Assembly: GCA_030704615.1 (NCBI GenBank) | Contig: CM060734.1 | Coordinates: 31,992,001 to 32,056,000, forward strand | Reading direction: 5' to 3' | Source of the DNA: Takakia lepidozioides | Lineage: Eukaryota > Plantae > Bryophyta | Length of the DNA: 64,000 nucleotides | Shown here: positions 59,301-64,000 of the stretch, piece by piece | Layout: each line of letters opens with the position of its first letter | How positions within the stretch are numbered: position 1 is the stretch's first letter | The notes under the pieces: generated by a model | Told to the model about the DNA's origin: nothing | The model's database searches: none | Seen by the model: only the letters and a program-made list of their open reading frames with translations | Program-made: the position numbers and the translations under genes

Positions 59301-62300
59301 GATGTCAATGGTTATAAATGGGCAGGTAAGATGTGTACTCTCAAGGCAGCCTCTGCCAAACGCGGTCAAAAAGGGGTTGGATTCTTTGTCCGTGATTTCT
59401 TGTTTGACAATTGTGAAATTATCAACAAGGGTTTGAGGTACAAGCATAGTATCTGGCTAAAACTGAATCTGAAGGGCGGCATGAGTACAAAGGACCTCTT
59501 TGTTGGTTGTGTTTACATGCCCACAGAGGGGACCCTTAGTGCTGACGCAGACAAGGCCTTCGAAGATGTAAAGCTGGACTGTGCTTCGTTCCTTGCCAAA
59601 GGTCAGGTGGTACTATTGGGGGACTTCAATGCCCGGGTGGGCAAAGGGATCATTGGACCTTTTGGTGAGGACGAGCTGAATTCTAATGGCAGACGGTTAA
59701 TTAACTGTCTAGAAGAGCTTCAGCTTTTGACCTTGAATAACAGGACAAGAGGTGACCAAGTGCAGTGGACTCGTGAGAAATCCCATACTGGGGAACGTTC
59801 CATTGTGGACTATATCATAATGGACAAAATTTTGTTCCCCCAGTGTGCCAATGTGTTGATCGACAGAACGGATATTGGTACCTCTGACCACTTCCTGGTT
59901 TGGACTGAGATCAAAAGGTGTTTTCCCACCACCAAGAGATCTGTGAAACGTTCGATTCGGAAGTGGCGCATAGAAAAAATCCACAATGAGGAGGTCAAGG
60001 CTGAGTACGTCCAGGCCGCTCTCCCTCATTTTGTCCAATCGCTCCAAGAACTTCAGTCACCCTCTGTTAACGCAAGAAATGAAGTCGAAAGAGCAGTGGA
60101 CTCTTGGGAGAGTTTCGTTTCCTCCGTGGCTGACAAGATCATTGGGAGGAAACTAATTGTCTGCGGTAGAGCAGTTAATTGGTGGACCAATGAGATTAAA
60201 CTCAAGATAGCTGAGAGACGAGCCCTCTATAAAGAGTGCTGCAATTTGGAAACCAACAGAAATGAAATGAAATGGTGCTTTATAACGTCCGCGGAAAGCT
60301 CGTAGAGCTTATGGGACAAAATGGAAGAAAACATGAGAGAGGAACAAATCCAGAAACCAGAATTAATGTTCTAGCGATTGTCTAAGGGTGAAGGCCTCGT
60401 GTAGGTAGGCTGCCACGCATTTTTGATCCTCATAGTGAAAGACATCAGTGAGAGTTTGGGTTCCACTGAATAAACAGTGAAATCTCCCACGGATCTCGTA
60501 GTATAGAGGGCAGTAGAAGAAGAAGTGTTCTTCAGTTTCAATTTCCTTGCTGCGCCCTATGCAAGCTGGACATAGGCGGTCCTCCCGTTGCAGGTTTTCC
60601 CATCTGCCAGTCTCTATCCGTAGGTTGTGGGAACCCACCCTGAACCGCCCCAATGCCCTCAAGAGGGAAGGAGATAAGGGTGCTGAAAGGTAATTTGGTC
60701 TCAAGATTCTATCATCGCGGAGCACCAAGAATGTCTCTCGATAGAAGTGGAGCTTTGTCGTGAGATTGGGTAGCATCCAAGTTCTCTTGACATGTAATTC
60801 CATAAGCTCTCTCCGAATGAGTCTGTTGCGGTCATGTCTGGATGTGATGTCCACCTCATCTGGGTTCATTGGTAATAGGAAAGCAGTAGAAAGTCCATTA
60901 CGTTGAAATAAACTGTCCACTCGAGCATACCAGGAGTTCCTGAAACCTGCAGCTTTGAGCCTCATAGATGTTGTGAGGGCCCTTGCCACTAGCCCTTTGG
61001 GTGGAAGGGCCTGCAATCTATGGAGAAAGATTGTAAGCCTGAAGAGGGCCTCGGATTGCAATGGTACACATGCGAACTCTGCACCTAGGATCTGAGATGG
61101 AGTTGTGCTCCTGGCGCCAAGCATTGCTTGGAGAAAAGATGACTGTAATGGTTCCAAATTCTTTTCCCACCAGGAGACAGGGACACCAGGTGCCCAGAAC
61201 TCACAACCATAGATGGTAGCAGGGCTGAGGACGGTGTCAAACAGCCACTTTTTGGTCGGGGGATGCCGCAGATGTATTTGCTTGCATTTGGCCTGAAGGC
61301 GGACGGAGACCGCCTTACCTTTAGTCAACCTGTCCAAGGCAGTGGCTGCAAAGTGAAACTTGGGGGAGTGGATAACCAGACCTAGGTACCGGTATGATTT
61401 CACAATCTCAATTTCCTGCTGGTTGAAGATGAATCTACGATCAGCCTGGCCATTGAAGACCATGATCTTGGTCTTGCTAAGATTGAATTGTGGGCGACGT
61501 ACTACCAGCTCCGTAAAGATATCAATCAGCTTGTTAGGTCTCAGAAGAAATTATACTGGGACAAGCTATACAGTGAAATAAACTCAAACCACCATGGTGG
61601 TAATGACAAGAAATTCTGGTTGGCCCTTCAACGTTTGTACAAGCCGAAAAACGGTCAGCAAGTACAAGCGCTGAAGACTACTAAAGGTGCAGTGGTGACT
61701 TCATCGGTTGACATTGTCAAAACCTTTGAAACTCACTACAGTATCCTTGGCAGAACTTCTAGGTCTAACAGTGAGGGGTCTTCTGCTGAATGGAGGGACA
61801 CAGTTGGAAAAACTGTTCCTATGATTCAAAACAGCCCTGATGAACTGGAGTATATTTCAATGGCTTATAATGCTCCCATTAGTTCTTCTGAGATTGTGGA
61901 AGCAATTGAACATTTAAATGGATATAAAGCTGGTGGACCTGATGGTATTGTCAACGAGCTTATCAAGCACGGTGGCGATCCCATGATAGAGGCCCTAGTT
62001 CTCCTCTTTAACCTTATCTGGAAGACTGAAATGATCCCCTTTCGCTGGCGACAGGGGGTCATTGTCAATCTATACAAGAAGGGTGACAGAGAAGAACCGG
62101 GGAACTACCGTGGCATCACGCTCCTCAATGCTGTTGGCAAGACATTCTGCAGAGTTATAAGTACTCGTCTCGAGGTTGATCTGGAGTCTAGAGGTTGTTT
62201 CCACGAAGGCCAAGCTGGCTTTTGGCGCAACAGGGGCTGTGTGGATCATATCTTCACTCTAAGCCAGATTATCCAGGGAAGGAAAAAAGAAGGGAAACCC

Positions 62301-64000
62301 ACTTATGTCTTTTTCCTGGATGTCAAAAAGGCTTATGACACAGTGTGGAGAGATGGCCTATGGTTCCGCCTCTGGTCTTGTGGGATCAAGGGAAAGATGT
62401 GGAGAGTTGTCCACAACTTGTATGCTCACACCAAAAGCTGTGTCACTGTTAACGGACAGAAGTCCAACTTCTCTGACATAGACCAAGGTGTAGCTCAAGG
62501 ATGTACTCTCTCCCCTCTGCTCTTCAATGTTTTCATCAATCAACTCCTCGAGGATGTGGAAAGTGAGGGATTTGGGTTAAGGGTGGGTGATACCACCATA
62601 CCAGCCCTTATGTTTGCGGATGACTTCGCAGGCATAGGGAGACTCCAACCAATCTCCAGGAGTTGATTGATTGCGCGAAGAGATACTTTGATCTTTGGGG
62701 GCTAGAGGCTAATGTCAGCAAATGTGCAGTGGTAGCATTCAACGACAGAGGAGAGGGAGGAAGTGATCTTAAGTGGCAGTGGGGTAGCCAAGAGATCCCG
62801 GTCCTCCCTTCCTACACTTACCTGGGCGTTGAGTTTTCCTCCAATTGTAATTGGGATGCACATATCCGGAAAGTTGTTCAAACTGGCAAGGGCAAAGCTC
62901 TGGGGCTCACTAAATTTTTCCACTGCAGAGGGGTCAACTCTGAGTAGAAGAGATCCTCAAGGACCTGGACCTGGATCCGCAAGTCTTGACCCTGCTGGAT
63001 AAATCTGACTTAGAGGCTGTAGTGTCCTCAGCCATGTCTGTTGCCATGAGATTGTCTGATGAAAATGAAGTTAGGCAGAAAACTTCCCTGAACTTGTTTC
63101 CAGTCTGTGACATGGGGGAGGACATCTTGGATGACCTCAAGGGTCTACCCACACTCGGCACTAGACTGAAATTTAAACTCAGGGCAGGAAGCCTACCTTT
63201 GAACAGCAAACAGAAGCAGAGAGGAAAGGGAGAGTGCAATTGCCCGTTGTGTGGGCAATCTGAAGACAGTATTCACTTTCTGATACACTGTCCGGGGTTC
63301 TCTTACCAAAGAGACGCTCTCTTCAAATCTATTAAGGGAATTGTGCCTGTACCCCTGTTTACCAACTTTGAAAGTCTCGAGGCTGAGCCAAAAGCCCAGG
63401 CCCTCCTGAGGCCTAGTTTTTGGGCAAATCACACACAGCAGATTGATGCTTGTGTGAAGGGATTTCTAGAGGATATCTGGAAAACCCGGATTAATTCTTT
63501 ATATGGAGGTAAGTCTTACTACCAACATCAGCCCCTGACAGAGGTAGGTTCTGTCCCTTTTGTTCCCGCTCAAACTGAGGAGGGGTCAATGGCCACAAGG
63601 CTACGGCAAACAACGTCTTATGAGTACAATCTCTCTCTGTGGCTATTTTCTGTCCAAACTGGGCGTGGGGTCTATGGTCACTATTATGAGTACATTCACT
63701 CTCTGGCTATCTTTCTCTCCAGTGCATTCTCCAAAACGTTTCCTCCGTATCTCCGGCACCAATGTGAATATTTCCTTCTTTCCCTTCATACTTCAATCCT
63801 GAACTTCATTCAGCACTCAAACTTGTAAAGCATATTATTCACACTGAGTTAAGCAGATCAACAACGGAAATAAGGACAGGACCTCATATTCTAGACTTTG
63901 ATTTTCTAGCTTTTCCGAGAACTGAGTTTCCATGTTCTCCATTTGCCTCTGAGTCGTCAGTCTTTGCTGTTCCATCTCCTGCCTCTTTTCTACCAACTGC
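47340..64000 (-). CDS. Multi-exon coiled-coil gene, CCDC57-like (5' part outside window; 3' end uncertain)
   Basis: GT-AG exons: 63883-64000, 56935-56995, 56043-56090, 55688-55822, 55094-55177, 54738-54851, 51984-~52150, 51508-51645, 50147-50433, 49780-~49969. Most adjacent pairs are phase-compatible; at least two joins need a missing exon or another splice site. Spliced peptides ENERIRGIVGSMRTEMEALQ and ERDLLMDLSNNLRSDL. Confidence 0.7.
47500..47650 (-). mobile_element. 3' fragment of the plus-strand LINE family seen at 57900-63700
   Basis: Reverse complement matches 63395-63450 and 63650-63695 (aaactaggcgcagggtctatggccac...gagtacat). Confidence 0.7.
47690..47830 (+). mobile_element. Fragment of a non-LTR element restriction-like endonuclease domain
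   Basis: PDIL, frameshift, then VHYIEITYCHDRY: a PD-(D/E)xK-like pattern. Confidence 0.4.
52488..52920 (-). mobile_element. Older 5'-truncated copy of the (CATTT)n-tailed LINE family
   Basis: Tail gaaatgaaatggtactttataacgtccgcggaaagctc. 52658-52790 aligns with 60627-60760. Confidence 0.85.
54465..54700 (-). mobile_element. 3' fragment of the plus-strand LINE family
   Basis: Reverse complement matches 57600-57840 and 63365-63600. Confidence 0.75.
57450..57865 (+). mobile_element. Older 3' fragment of the same LINE family directly upstream of the long copy
   Basis: aaggctgagcctaaagccctggcc...gattgatgcttatgtgaag...aaggctacg..caaacaac matches 63378-63620. Confidence 0.8.
58670..59090 (+). repeat. 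In-frame 141-bp (47-aa) tandem repeat x3 in the LINE ORF N-terminus
   Basis: ga(a/g)gatttggtactct recurs at about 58719, 58860 and 59001. Confidence 0.95.
60259..61485 (-). mobile_element. 5'-truncated RTEX-like LINE with (CATTT)n tail inserted antisense into the larger LINE
   Basis: Intact 366-aa ORF: NLSKTKIMVF, YRYLG, YGCEFW, FRVGSHNLRIETGRW, CPAC..ETEEHFFFYC. Tail gaaatgaaatgaaatg at 60259-60275. Confidence 0.93.

Larger units (their letters stand above)
57900..63700 (+). mobile_element. Near full-length LINE (RTEX-like: APE endonuclease-RT-CCHC), interrupted
   Basis: 58575-60258 APE (ATFN, GQETW, GVGF, LLGDFNA, SIVDY, SDH); 61488-62666 RT (GPDGI, NYRGITL, QAGF, FLDVKKAYD, GVAQG, FADD); C-terminal CPLC..EDSIHFLIHC. 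5' boundary approximate. Confidence 0.92.

Overview
Eukaryotic nuclear DNA, most likely a seed-free land plant such as a moss (inference from the gene and transposon families present). The left ~39 kb is a nest of transposons. It holds (i) a decayed hAT-type region carrying a protein kinase and two RING-H2 genes (0.6-11.1 kb) and (ii) a decayed Ty3/Gypsy LTR retrotransposon (14.4-33.6 kb). The Gypsy polyprotein has the unusual order gag-protease-DNMT3-type cytosine methyltransferase-RT-RNaseH-integrase-PHD finger. It is interrupted by a younger RT-less Gypsy element with a long extra ORF, a TA-flanked MITE and a solo LTR. Also on the left are (iii) a Replitron-like HUH transposase remnant and (iv) an hAT MITE. 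The right ~24 kb holds host genes: a DUF1645-like gene, an intronless Tic22-like gene, and a minus-strand multi-exon coiled-coil gene resembling the centriolar protein CCDC57, whose introns are filled with RTEX-like LINEs. The most notable system is the retrotransposon encoding both a DNA-methylation writer (DNMT3-like) and a histone reader (PHD). All family calls come from motif recognition by eye; no database searches were run.
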